From Verrucomicrobiota bacterium (GTDB lineage: Bacteria > Verrucomicrobiota > Kiritimatiellia > UBA8416 > SLMC01), in assembly GCA_030018915.1 (NCBI GenBank), contig JASEHE010000002.1, positions 3,420-67,419 of the forward strand: a stretch of DNA of 64,000 nt. Reading direction: 5' to 3'. Positions 51,594-61,474 of the stretch are shown here, in pieces. Both the position numbers and the translations under genes were made by a program. Position 1 is the first letter of the stretch; the number at the start of each line of letters is the position of its first letter. Below the pieces are notes generated by a model that worked only from the letters and a program-made list of their open reading frames with translations, had not been told where the DNA came from and searched no databases.

Positions 51594-53171
51594 TTGTCCC
51601 CGTTCATCCCTCCTGCTAGTCTTGGGAGCGTGAAACGGGCGTTCAACACCGCCGGGCCGTGCGTTCCGGGCAAGCACTACATGCTCGCTCCTGAAGACAG
51701 GATTCCCAACGTAATGCCGCTGATCGCCGCCGAGCATTTCTTCGTCATCCATGCCGCGCGCCAGACGGGCAAGACCACGCTGCTGAAGTGCGTCACGGAT
51801 CGGCTCAACGCCGAAGGCCGTTACCACGCCCTCTATTGCTCGCTGGAAAGCGCTCAGGAATTCGTGGAGCCCCGGGACGGCCTGCCGGCGGTCGTGTCAG
51901 CGCTGGCGCGCGCGGTTGCGCGCCAGCCGGCGCTTCGCGAACGCCTGCCGACGCGGACCTATACGGCGCCCAACACGATGCTGGCCGAGTTCCTCACCGA
52001 CCTCAGCGCCTCGTTGGACCGTCCGCTCGTCCTGTTCTTCGACGAGGCCGATTGCCTGCGCAACGGCACGCTGCTCACGTTCCTGCGCCAGTTGCGCGAT
52101 GGCTACGTGAACCGGCCGCAGATTCCCTTCGTTCACTCCCTTGCCCTGGTCGGCGTTCGGGACATCCGCGACTACAAAGCCAAGGTCCGCGACGATTCTC
52201 AGACCCTCGGCTCCGCCAGCCCATTCAACATAGTGTCCGAACGTCTGACGCTGCGCAACTTCACGCGCGACGAGACGGCCGCTCTGTACGCCCAGCACAC
52301 GGCGGACACGGGCCAGGCGTTCCACACCGAGCTTACGGACCGGGCGTTCGCGCTCTCGGACGGGCAGCCGTGGCTGGTAAATGCGCTGGCCAGGGAGATC
52401 GTGACGACACTTGCCGGCGGCGACTTCTCGCGGCCATTGACGCCCGACATGGCGGACCGCGCGGAGGAGGCCCTCATTCAGCGCCGGGACACGCACATTG
52501 ACAGTCTGCTCGAGCGTCTGAAGGAGGAACGTGTTCGGCGAGTCATTCAACCCGTGCTCCTGGGCGAGGGCGAAGACATCGAGCGCCTGGGCGACGACTT
52601 TCTCTACGTCCGGGATCTCGGCCTGATCCGGGACGATCGGGGCGTGCTGAAGCCTGCGAACCCGATCTATGGCGAGGTCATCGCGCGCGCGCTGAGCCAC
52701 GACGTTCAGCGCAGTCTTTCGCCGGAATACGAGAACTGCTGGATGGACGGCCGAACGCTCGACATGCGCGGGTTGCTGGAGGCGTTTCAGGCGTTCTGGC
52801 GGGAGAACAGCGAAGCATGGATCGAGCGGTTCGAGTACCGCGAGGCGGCGCCGCACCTGATCCTGCAGGCCTTCCTGCAACGCGTGCTCAACGGCGGGGC
52901 GCGTCTGCTCCGGGAGTTTGCCACGGGCACGCGGCGGGTTGACCTGTGCATCGAGTACGCCGGCGGACGCTATCCCATTGAACTTAAACTCGTTCGCGAC
53001 GCCCGCACAAGGGAGGAAGGACTGGCCCAACTCGCCGGTTACATGGATCGCCTGGGCTGCCAGGAAGGGTGGCTCGTGCTCTTCGACCGTTCACCGAAAC
53101 CGTGGGACCAAAAGATCTTCTGGCAAACCCTCACCCACGAGGGCCGCATCATCCACGTCGTCGAGTGTTGA
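51594..53171 (+). CDS. AAA-ATPase-like domain protein with C-terminal PD-(D/E)XK nuclease-like domain
   Basis: FNTAGPCVPGKHYML N-terminus, ARQTGKTT Walker A, and a C-terminal region (VDLCIEY...IELKL) typical of Pfam AAA-ATPase_like + PDDEXK_9 architecture. Confidence 0.7.
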   Translation: MSPFIPPASLGSVKRAFNTAGPCVPGKHYMLAPEDRIPNVMPLIAAEHFFVIHAARQTGKTTLLKCVTDRLNAEGRYHALYCSLESAQEFVEPRDGLPAVVSALARAVARQPALRERLPTRTYTAPNTMLAEFLTDLSASLDRPLVLFFDEADCLRNGTLLTFLRQLRDGYVNRPQIPFVHSLALVGVRDIRDYKAKVRDDSQTLGSASPFNIVSERLTLRNFTRDETAALYAQHTADTGQAFHTELTDRAFALSDGQPWLVNALAREIVTTLAGGDFSRPLTPDMADRAEEALIQRRDTHIDSLLERLKEERVRRVIQPVLLGEGEDIERLGDDFLYVRDLGLIRDDRGVLKPANPIYGEVIARALSHDVQRSLSPEYENCWMDGRTLDMRGLLEAFQAFWRENSEAWIERFEYREAAPHLILQAFLQRVLNGGARLLREFATGTRRVDLCIEYAGGRYPIELKLVRDARTREEGLAQLAGYMDRLGCQEGWLVLFDRSPKPWDQKIFWQTLTHEGRIIHVVEC

Positions 53172-53461
53172 CGGGGGGGGGCGACTGCATCGAGGCGCAT
53201 CTGGCTTTCACGAGCGACCCAGACCCCGACAAAGACATCGCGATCGTCGAAGTCATGCGCGACTTCGGGCGCCTTGAGCACATGGGCATGGGCGCGCGGC
53301 GCAAGATCGTCAAGGGCATGCTGGAACACAACGGAACAACGCCCGATCTGGTCGAGGACGGCGAGCGGTTCATCGCGCGTCTCCACGGGAAGATGCCTGA
53401 CGGACGCCGCAGGTCATGAGCTGAGACAAGGGCGGTTCCCGGATGTCCTTCAGCGCAGTCT

Positions 53462-54262
53462 TCACGCCGGGCGCACCTGCGGCGCGCGACCTTCCACTTC
53501 CCACCTCCTACCTTCCACCTTCCTCCTTCCACGGCAAGCTTCGCTCCGTCCTCTCCCCTGCGGCGTCCCGACCGGCGCCGGTTGATCCGGCGGATCAATC
53601 GTCAGCTTCACGCCCTTGCCGCGCAGAGTCTTCTCGATCTTGCCCTGACACGGCGGACAGGCGTTCCGACCCTTGGCGTCCAGACCTTCCTCGTCTTTGG
53701 TCAAGCGCAGTGCGCACAGCGGCATTGGGCAGGGATCCACGCCAAGCAACATCGCGACCAGGCGCACGCTTTCCTTTTCCACTCGCCGCGCATACGACTC
53801 GGCTGCGTCTTTCCCCGTGGTGGCCGAAGGCTTCAGTGATGCGACGTTGAGCATGGCGACGCCGTGGGAGGCGAATACCGCGTTGCGGGAGTCCTTCTTG
53901 TCCGGCAGATTCGCCAGGGCCAGCAGGCAGATGTTGTCCTGCCCGATCAGTCCGGCCAGTTCCTTTGCAGCGGCCTCCGACAGATTCGCCGGCTTCTTCT
54001 GTCCCGCCAGGACCCGCGTGGGGCACCACATAACGGCGCCAACGTGGCGCACGACCCGGTCGAGCAACGCCTTGTCTACCTTGCCCATCGTGGTGAAGGC
54101 CACGGCCTTTCCGGTCACGGCCGGGACGGCGGCGGGGTTCGGCTCAGCCGGAGGTTGCTCAGCTGCAGCCGGCTGCGTTCTATTCTGACACCACCCGGGC
54201 AAGACGGCCACGCATAATGCCGCGAGAATTGTCGCCAAGGTCGGCCTGACTGATTGACTCAT
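53462..54262 (-). CDS. secreted hypothetical protein with an archaemetzincin-like Cys motif but no HExxH
   Basis: Signal peptide; C-terminal GVDPCPMPLCALR...GRNACPPCQ resembles the metzincin M54 C-terminal Cys region, but the catalytic HExxH is absent (reads LVAMLLG). Confidence 0.4.
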   Translation of the reverse strand: MSQSVRPTLATILAALCVAVLPGWCQNRTQPAAAEQPPAEPNPAAVPAVTGKAVAFTTMGKVDKALLDRVVRHVGAVMWCPTRVLAGQKKPANLSEAAAKELAGLIGQDNICLLALANLPDKKDSRNAVFASHGVAMLNVASLKPSATTGKDAAESYARRVEKESVRLVAMLLGVDPCPMPLCALRLTKDEEGLDAKGRNACPPCQGKIEKTLRGKGVKLTIDPPDQPAPVGTPQGRGRSEACRGRRKVEGRRWEVEGRAPQVRPA

Positions 54263-54347
54263 AACGCGCCTCTCTACATAGAAAGGCCTCACCGCGACTG
54301 CTCGCGGATGAGGCCTTTGAACTCAATGACAACTTTATGCGACCGAC

Positions 54348-54869
54348 TCAGGACTTCTTCTTCAGACGGCGGCCTGCCACCAGCGTCATGGCGCCCAGCG
54401 CCAGCAACGCGATTGTGGACGGCTCCGGAATCAGCTGCCAGTCGCCAGCGACGGAACCGTTCATGGTGAACCAAGCGATATCTATTTCACCAAGCGATGG
54501 GATCACCGCTTCAGGATCGCCAGATCCGAGAATAGCATATTGTGTCGCGGAGGGTATGTTGCCGCTATTGTATGCGACCACATAGGCAGTAAAATTTCCG
54601 ACGCTCGGCCTAAAACTGTTGAAGAACCATCCGTCGCCGGAGTTGACTGTCCCGTTTTGGACCAAAGTGTCATCTCCGACACCCCCGGGTGTCCATTCGA
54701 TCACGCCACCCGACCCAGCATTCCAAAGTTGCACCACCCAACCTGCGGTACCCACACTCGACCCGGACGAATTCAGGAACAGTGTGTCGTTCGCCCAGTT
54801 GATCGTTCCAGCAAACGCAGGCCACGTCAGAATCCCGCTTACAACACCGCAGAGGCAGATACGCTTCAT
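54348..54869 (-). CDS. PEP-CTERM sorting-domain protein
   Basis: Signal peptide, Gly/Asn/Ser-rich beta-type body, and a C-terminal PEPSTIALLALGAMTLVAGRRLKKKS (PEP motif + TM + basic tail). Confidence 0.7.
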   Translation of the reverse strand: MKRICLCGVVSGILTWPAFAGTINWANDTLFLNSSGSSVGTAGWVVQLWNAGSGGVIEWTPGGVGDDTLVQNGTVNSGDGWFFNSFRPSVGNFTAYVVAYNSGNIPSATQYAILGSGDPEAVIPSLGEIDIAWFTMNGSVAGDWQLIPEPSTIALLALGAMTLVAGRRLKKKS

Positions 54870-54929
54870 CACGTGATCTCCTTCTACTCGACGTTTGGCA
54901 TTGCCCATTTCGAAGTAGCGAACAGAACT

Positions 54930-55715
54930 CTAAAGACTGCCCAAGTACGGATTGTTCACAGACCAAGTGAATACGTTCCTAGCCCTAAACCAGAACCCTT
55001 GGCTGATTGGGATTTCATCCCCTGTTGGAACTGTCTCCGTCCATCGATTCACTGGCGAGATCTCACGCCATCCGTCCGTCTTCAATCCGTATTGCTTGTA
55101 CTGCGTGGCGTTCTCGTCCCATACAATGACGTAGTCGCATAGTGCGGGGGATCCTGACGCAGTGGCGCCAGAAGCCCCGAAGTTCAGATTCGTAATAGCC
55201 ATGCTACTACTGAATGGCACCCCAAGCATCTGGTAGCCAACCACTATGACTTGCTGGTGGTTGCTGGATGCGACCGCTTCACCGAGCATAGCGAAATTGT
55301 TGGTCTGTGTTGCGCCAGCACCGGCCCTGACCGACATAACCCACGCACCATCGCCAGGATCCAAGACGGGGTCTATCGGAGAACCAACAAAATTGGTTAG
55401 GTAGTGATACTGCATGTCGCTACTGTTGAGTCCGACCTGAACGTAGCTCTGTACGCCTGCATCCCAGATGAGAACGGCATCGCAGAATAGTGGGGATCCA
55501 CCGGCCCTCAAGGTGTTCGTCCCAAAAATCCCCATGATAGTATTCGTCTGCATTCCGTCAAACGCGGGCGCGACCTGATGATACTTGCCGCCCGGCAGCA
55601 ACGTCTTCTTGACATACCCCACGACGTTGACGCTGGTGACCGTGTTGGTTTGTGCGACGGCGAGGAAGGCCGCGCACACGACAACCGCGATTCCGACCGT
55701 CAAGACTCGTTTCAT
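54930..55715 (-). CDS. secreted protein with two internal ~70-aa repeats
   Basis: GGAGG RBS and a signal peptide; repeat 1 ...VVGYVKK...CDAVLIWDAGVQSYVQVGL and repeat 2 ...VVGYQML...CDYVIVWDENATQYKQYGL. Confidence 0.6.
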   Translation of the reverse strand: MKRVLTVGIAVVVCAAFLAVAQTNTVTSVNVVGYVKKTLLPGGKYHQVAPAFDGMQTNTIMGIFGTNTLRAGGSPLFCDAVLIWDAGVQSYVQVGLNSSDMQYHYLTNFVGSPIDPVLDPGDGAWVMSVRAGAGATQTNNFAMLGEAVASSNHQQVIVVGYQMLGVPFSSSMAITNLNFGASGATASGSPALCDYVIVWDENATQYKQYGLKTDGWREISPVNRWTETVPTGDEIPISQGFWFRARNVFTWSVNNPYLGSL

Positions 55716-55938
55716 GACGCCAACCTCCTGCCTCCTGATCCGGATTATTCCCCAACCTTGAACCTTACCTCGGAACAATATATCCTGTTACTTGCCTGCG
55801 GATCAACACAAATCTTCAACTTTTTTTCGGCCCTCCACCGCCACGGTTCGGACCGGTCATCTACCCGCTGGCGCCTCTCGGTTTCTTCATCCCGTTTCTC
55901 CTTGTTTCGTTACCACTCGGAGACCTGCTTTGGTAGGC

Positions 55939-55962
55939 AGGTTTCAGGTTTCCGATTTCACA
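55939..55962. repeat. heptanucleotide repeat tract (GGTTTCA GGTTTCC GATTTCA)
   Basis: 3' of the 55969 gene. Confidence 0.45.
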
Positions 55963-55968
55963 CTACCA

Positions 55969-56802
55969 TCACTGTTGCGGCGGCAGCACGCCTTCCAGAA
56001 CCAGTTGCGCGTCCTCTTCCGCGGTCAACGCGATGGGCAGCGGCGGCCCGGCCTCGCCCTTCTGCCGGATCAGGTTCAGGTTGTATTCGCGCAGATGCTT
56101 CTCGATTGTCTCGGCGGAGGGTCGTGCCGGATTCGTGGCCGCAGCCATGAGTTCCGCGTTTCGCCGCTCGCGCGCCTCGCGCCGCTGCCGCAACCGATCC
56201 GCATATGAGCCCGGCGCCGGAACGGTTGGCGCGGAAATCCCGGTCCACGTGATCGTCTTTGCGCCGGCGCCTGGCGGAACGGCTGCGGTTCCGAATCGCG
56301 CGCCGGCGAATGTCGCGGTCGCGTCGGCCGAGTTCGCCGAGCCCATCGAGATCGCCTGCTGCTCGTCTCCCTTGCGAAGGATCGCGCGCTCCTGCTCCTT
56401 GTTGACTTCCACCAGCAGTTCGCCCTGGTCGCTGGTTTCGCCCACGCACAGGTAGAAGAAGCTCTGGACCTGCGCCGCGGCAGCAACGCCGGGCGCGGAC
56501 TCCCTGGGCCGGCCAATGCGAACGAACCCCACGCGCGCGCCGTCCGGCTCGTCCACAATGGCCACCATGCGGAGGAAGCTGATGAAAGACGGCTCGTTTT
56601 TCACCGGCGGCTGCGCCGGCGCCGAATGGCCGAACGGCAGGCGGTCCAGGATGATCTGGTAGCGTGAGAAATCGGGCTTGTCCGCCACGGCGGACAAGCC
56701 CGATAATGCGGCCCAAGCCTGCGCGGGCGCCAGGATAGTGGCGAGAAGGATGGCCGGCCTGAAACCTGAACACCAAAAGCTGAATCGTGAAGTTTGAACC
56801 AT
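55969..56802 (-). CDS. secreted hypothetical protein
   Basis: Start at an internal Met with a signal peptide (...AILLATILAPAQAWA). The N-terminal codons are encoded by the heptamer repeat tract. Confidence 0.45.
   Translation of the reverse strand: MVQTSRFSFWCSGFRPAILLATILAPAQAWAALSGLSAVADKPDFSRYQIILDRLPFGHSAPAQPPVKNEPSFISFLRMVAIVDEPDGARVGFVRIGRPRESAPGVAAAAQVQSFFYLCVGETSDQGELLVEVNKEQERAILRKGDEQQAISMGSANSADATATFAGARFGTAAVPPGAGAKTITWTGISAPTVPAPGSYADRLRQRREARERRNAELMAAATNPARPSAETIEKHLREYNLNLIRQKGEAGPPLPIALTAEEDAQLVLEGVLPPQQ
56757..56800. repeat. heptanucleotide repeat tract (CCTGAAA CCTGAAC ACCAAAA GCTGAAT CGTGAAG TTTGAAC)
   Basis: Overlaps the start region of the 55969..56802 gene. Confidence 0.45.
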
Positions 56803-56893
56803 GCCCAAAACCCTCAACCAATTTACGCGCGGCCACCCCGGGTTATCGCAGCAAGCGTGCCAAGAATGTCGTTTTTCGTGAGGTAGTACAAGC

Positions 56894-56930
56894 GGATATT
56901 TCACACGCCCTCCCGGGCCGTGAAATATCC
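56894..56930. repeat. 38-bp palindromic element copy 1 (GGATATTTCAC...CCCGGG...GTGAAATATCC)
   Basis: AT-rich 9-11 bp arms around a GC-rich centre; its reverse complement matches copy 2 at 63551-63588 in 35/38 positions. Intergenic, between the secreted-protein cluster and the FHA-sigma54 gene. Confidence 0.5.
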
Positions 56931-57247
56931 TGGCCGGGCGCCCATCGGTTTGTGGCCGGACACCTCGCCACGCGCGCCTTTTGGCCGTTTTTCCGGCAAT
57001 TCGGGCGGCACACCCACCGAATACTGCCGGCCGAGCATTGTTCCCTACCCAATCAGTCGTTCAAACCCAGTCGGTCTTCCCGGGATGGCCGCCCCAGGCC
57101 ACGAGGGCGTCGATTCCGGGCCAAATTCGCCCATAATGCGTTCATAAAGGAGGCAGGGAAGATCGTTCCTCGCATTTTCCGCTTGTGCACAGGAGTATGC
57201 ATCCCTATAGTATCCATTGTCTGGGGCAAGCGCAAGGACGGTGAGCC

Positions 57248-58597
57248 GTGTCACATCTCCACTCGCCAACGCTGATCATCTCGGACAATGGCAAGACGCA
57301 GTCCGTCCTTATGCACAAGCTCAAGCTTCTGGCCGTCTCCGGACCGCTCCAGGGCCAGGAGTTCATAATCACCAAGGACCTGTTCACGATCGGCTCCGCC
57401 CTCACCAACGACCTTGTCCTGAAGGACGGCACGGTTTCCCGGAGCCACTGCGAAATCCGGGTGATGCCCGAAGGCTACGTCATCCGCGACGTCGGCAGCA
57501 CCAACGGCACGTTTGTCCAGGGCCTGCGCGTCACGGAGGCGTTCCTCAACCACGGAACGGAAGTGACCCTCGGCAAGACTATGTTCGTCTTCTGCCCGCT
57601 CCAGGAAACCGTAGAGTACATGCTCAGCCAGAAGGAGGCATTCGGCCGGCTCATCGGCAAGAGCCTCTCCATGCGCCGGGTATTCCACATCGCGGAAACC
57701 TACTCCCCAACCGACGTCACCGTCCTCATTGAGGGTGAAACCGGGACCGGCAAAGAGGTCCTCGCCGAGGAAATCCACCGCCACAGCAAACGCAAAGACA
57801 AGCCGTTCGTCGTAGTGGACTGCGCCACGCTTGCCAGGGAACTCATTGCGGGCGAATTGTTCGGCCACACCAAGGGCGCCTTCACCGGCGCCATCGGCGA
57901 CCGCGAGGGCGCCTTCGAGTGCGCCGACGGCGGAACCGTCTTTCTGGACGAGATCGGCAACCTCAACGTTGATCTCCAGCCTCAGCTCCTGCGCGCCATC
58001 GAGAAGAAGGAGATCAAGCGGATCGGAAGCAACAAAGTGCGCAAGCTTGACGTCCGCATTATCTCGGCGACGAACCGCAATCTGAGGAACGAGCTGAACG
58101 TGGAGAAGTTCCGGGAGGACCTCTACTTCCGCCTGTCGGTGGCGCATATCGATCTCCCGCCTCTCCGTAAGCGCAAGGAAGACATTCCCCTGCTGACCCG
58201 TGAGTTTCTGCGCGAATTCGCCGGCGAGCGCGCGCCGGACAGCGTGGCGGATTTCGACAAGACCATGGAGGCGTTCAAGAACCACGACTGGCCCGGCAAC
58301 GTGAGGGAACTGAGGAACCTGGTGGAGTTCGCCTGTCACAGCGGCCGCCGCCCGCTCGAGCTGAGCGCATTCCTCTACCTCGGCCGCAGCCGGCCGCCGG
58401 ATGCCGAAGGGCGCGCCGAATCGGCCACCGACCAGCCGTTCAAGGTGGCTAAGAACAACCTCATCAGGCGGTTCGAAGCGGGTTTTCTCAAGCAGCTCCT
58501 GAAAAAAGAGAACGGCAACATCTCACGGGCCGCGCGCCGGGCCGGCATCGAGCGCGCCTACCTCCAGCGTCTTGTCCACAAGCACGGGTTGAAGTAG
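57248..58597 (+). CDS. sigma-54-dependent transcriptional activator with N-terminal FHA domain
   Basis: FHA region (FTIGSALTNDLVL...SRSHCEI...GSTNGTFV); AAA+ sigma54 module (GETGTGKE, GAFTGA, ESELFGH-like ELFGHTKG); C-terminal HTH. GTG start at 57248, or ATG at 57311. Confidence 0.85.
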   Translation: MSHLHSPTLIISDNGKTQSVLMHKLKLLAVSGPLQGQEFIITKDLFTIGSALTNDLVLKDGTVSRSHCEIRVMPEGYVIRDVGSTNGTFVQGLRVTEAFLNHGTEVTLGKTMFVFCPLQETVEYMLSQKEAFGRLIGKSLSMRRVFHIAETYSPTDVTVLIEGETGTGKEVLAEEIHRHSKRKDKPFVVVDCATLARELIAGELFGHTKGAFTGAIGDREGAFECADGGTVFLDEIGNLNVDLQPQLLRAIEKKEIKRIGSNKVRKLDVRIISATNRNLRNELNVEKFREDLYFRLSVAHIDLPPLRKRKEDIPLLTREFLREFAGERAPDSVADFDKTMEAFKNHDWPGNVRELRNLVEFACHSGRRPLELSAFLYLGRSRPPDAEGRAESATDQPFKVAKNNLIRRFEAGFLKQLLKKENGNISRAARRAGIERAYLQRLVHKHGLK

Positions 58598-58611
58598 CGC
58601 CTGCGCCGCGG

Positions 58612-59938
58612 TCAGAGCAGGCCCAGCGCGCGGGCCACGGATGGGCCGATGCCGGACATATTGCACGCCATTGGCAGGAGGATGACGCCGAGCGCGTTCA
58701 TGCGCCGAGCGCCGAACAGGACGGGAATCAGCCCGATCCCGGCGGCCGTAAGCATCACCGGCAGGCCGGTCCAGCCGGTCAGCAGCGGCACGAGCGCAGA
58801 GACGAGCGCCAGCGCGCACGCGGAGAGCCGGCGATAGCCCCAGGCATGGATCGCGCGGATCATCCCGCGCGCCAGCGGGACGAACAGGAGCAGGGAGACG
58901 GCGCCGGCTGTCGCAATCGAGGCAAGCGCCATGAAGTAGTCGCCGAACGATCCGGTCGAGACTAGGCCCTGGATCAGCCAGGCGCCGCCGCCGCGGGTCA
59001 TACGCAGGCCTGGAACAAAGAACAGCAGCAATCCGCCGACGTAATAAACCGTTTTCGACGCGCCCTGGGAGATGAGGAACGCGCGGTCGTCGCGCATGGC
59101 CGTGGCGTGCCCGGCGAGAAAGCCGCCCACGCCTCCGGTGACGACCGGAGCAAAGGCGGCGAACCCGCCGCCCAGCACACCGGCCACGCTTCCGCGCAGC
59201 GCGGAGATTCCGTCCACGCGGAACGGGCGCTCACGCTGGCGCGGCGCCTCAGCGCGGCTGACCGTGTTGAGCAGGAGCCATGGCGCGGTGAACAGCCCGA
59301 CAAAAGCCGGCATGAGATTTTGGAACGCCGCCGACGGCGGAATGGGCGAGCGGTAGAGCAGGATGAACCCAAGCAGCCCGGCCAGCAGGAAGGTCAGGAT
59401 TCCCGCGCCAAGCGACCGCCAGTTGCGCAGGAATCGCGCCCAGCCGGCCTGACCGGGTCCGACCACCTCCCGCGGCCACTCGGACAGCAGCAGGAACGCG
59501 ATTACGCACCACAGAACCCAGTGCCAGTGCGGCTGGAGAATTGCGCGGGCGGCCGGCAGGACGCGCGGCGCCAGCGGGGCGGCGACCAGCAGGATCGCGG
59601 CCAGCCCGGCGACGGCGCCCGCGGTTGTCAGCAGAGCCGCCTCCAACCCGCGGCCGCTCATGAGGAGTTTCTGGCCCGGCAGCACCGTGAAGAACGCGCT
59701 TTCGTCGGGCGCGGCCACGAGCACGGACGGGATGGTATTGGCGACGGCGAACGCCACGATCAAGCCGGTCGAGAGGGGAATCACCCAGTCCGGCCGCGCC
59801 GCCCAGTCGCATGCGCCGACGGCGAGCGCGAGCAGGGCAAGCGTGTTGTAGATATGCAGGCCGGGCACGCACGCGAGGACCGATCCGGCCAGACCGCCGG
59901 CCGCCGCGGCCAGGACCACCGTGAGGGCCGCGGCGGTC
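58612..59938 (-). CDS. polytopic membrane protein (>=10 TM), uncharacterised
   Basis: Start at internal MTAAALTVVLAAAAGG (ATGA overlap with the upstream gene); the ORF-track 172-aa Arg-rich N-terminal extension was rejected. Confidence 0.55.
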
Positions 59939-60503
59939 ATGGCGCCCTCTTGCGGAGCCGTCCGTCCGTCGGCGCGGCCGTGGCCGGGCCGGCGTTGCCG
60001 GCCGGACGAATGTGATCGGAGGAAAGAAGATTCAGCCGGATTCTCCCGTCGGCCGCGACCCGCAAGTCGCCGGTGACCTCTACGCGGCTGCCGCGGGCTG
60101 GGATTCGACCGGTCTCGGCCAGTTCGCGGGCGACGTCGCGATAGGCGCGCACCTGAATCTCGCGGTCTTCGTCGAGTAGATAGAACGCAACGTAGTTGGT
60201 CTCTCCGCCTCGCCGGCCGCCGGTCACGCCGGCGACGACGCCGGCTACGCGCGCCTTTGCGAAGTTCATGGCCGAGGATACCTCGGCGACGCGGACGAGG
60301 GGCGGTTCGCTGTGGCGGGCCATCAGGTAGAGAAAGAGGAGGCCGACTGCGGCGAGGGCGAGGGCCGCATAGCGAAGATGGCGCAGGATCGGCGCCTTGG
60401 CGGAATCGGCGCCGCAATAGGGGCACGCGTCGGCCGGTCCGATGAACCGGTCGCAACCGGGACAGGTTGCCCCCTGGAAGGGCTCCGTCTCTGGCGCGGT
60501 CAT
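59937..60503 (-). CDS. hypothetical Zn-ribbon / single-TM protein
   Basis: CPGCDRF...CPYCGA zinc ribbon, TM helix LALAAVGLLFLYLM, then a beta-rich domain. Confidence 0.5.
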   Translation of the reverse strand: MTAPETEPFQGATCPGCDRFIGPADACPYCGADSAKAPILRHLRYAALALAAVGLLFLYLMARHSEPPLVRVAEVSSAMNFAKARVAGVVAGVTGGRRGGETNYVAFYLLDEDREIQVRAYRDVARELAETGRIPARGSRVEVTGDLRVAADGRIRLNLLSSDHIRPAGNAGPATAAPTDGRLRKRAP

Positions 60504-61474
60504 GGTTTGCCCACGATTTCGCGGGTGATGTCTTCGGCGGTTACCAGCCCGGTCACGTCGTTGTTCTCGTTGATAACCAGGCATATCGGCTGGCGGGATC
60601 GGCGCATGATGGGGAGAATCTTATCCACAGGCATGGTTTCCGGGATGAACAGCGGCTTGCGCACGAAACCGGCGATGGTCTTGTCGGCCGCCTGAGGGGC
60701 TTCTGACACGACGAAAAAGACGTTGACGATCCCGGTGAAGACGTTCGTGGACCGGTCCAGGACCGGGATGCGGGTGAAACGGCTGTCGCGAGCGATTTTC
60801 AGGAAGTCGGGGAGCAAGGTGTCGGCATAGACGACGGTCATGCGTTCCCGGGGAATCCGGATGTCGCGGGCTGTTTTGTTGGTCAGCTCCAGGACGTTGT
60901 GGATCATCATCCGGCGGGAAGAGGACAGGAGGCCCGTTTTCTCGCCCTCGTCAACGAGCAGTTTCAAGTCTTCCTTGGTCACGAAAGGGGCGGCCCGGGT
61001 AAAGGCCTTGTCGGGCATGCGGACGAACAACTTGGTGATCCAGACCGCGCCGAGGGCGATGGGGCGGAGGACGACTTCGCAGAAGCGCAGGGTCGTGGCG
61101 AACATGCGCGAGCGCTCCAGCGGCTTGGCATGGAACCAGGTTTTGGGAATGTACTCGCAGAAGATCAGCAGCAGCACGGTGTCCGCCAGCGTCGAGGCGA
61201 CTTCGGCCCAGTTTCCCAGGACGTCCGCCAGCAGGCCGGCGGAGACGACGGACACGATGACGAAGCTCAGGTTCGTGCCGACGAGCGTGGCGCCGAATAG
61301 GCGGTCTGAATTATCGAGGAAGTCCTGGAGGATGCGGGCGTCCTTGTCGCCCCGCCGCACAATGTGCTCGAGCTGGAGCCGATGGATGGAGACCACTCCC
61401 GTCTCGATGCCGGACAGGAACGCGGCCACGAGCATACAGAAGGCGATAAGAAGCAGTTGGTCAAACAATGTCAT
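60500..61474 (-). CDS. DUF21-CBS (CNNM/CorC-type) membrane protein lacking the CorC_HlyC domain
   Basis: Four-TM DUF21 N-terminus and a CBS pair; about 100 aa shorter than its neighbour. Confidence 0.75.
   Translation of the reverse strand: MTLFDQLLLIAFCMLVAAFLSGIETGVVSIHRLQLEHIVRRGDKDARILQDFLDNSDRLFGATLVGTNLSFVIVSVVSAGLLADVLGNWAEVASTLADTVLLLIFCEYIPKTWFHAKPLERSRMFATTLRFCEVVLRPIALGAVWITKLFVRMPDKAFTRAAPFVTKEDLKLLVDEGEKTGLLSSSRRMMIHNVLELTNKTARDIRIPRERMTVVYADTLLPDFLKIARDSRFTRIPVLDRSTNVFTGIVNVFFVVSEAPQAADKTIAGFVRKPLFIPETMPVDKILPIMRRSRQPICLVINENNDVTGLVTAEDITREIVGKP

Noticed and set aside
51266-51673. 135-aa minus-strand ORF with a CGRGYC motif (possible radical-SAM or Fe-S fragment)
   Set aside because: It overlaps the start of the AAA ATPase, has no complete CxxxCxxC motif and no start context. 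Possibly a gene remnant, but not supportable.
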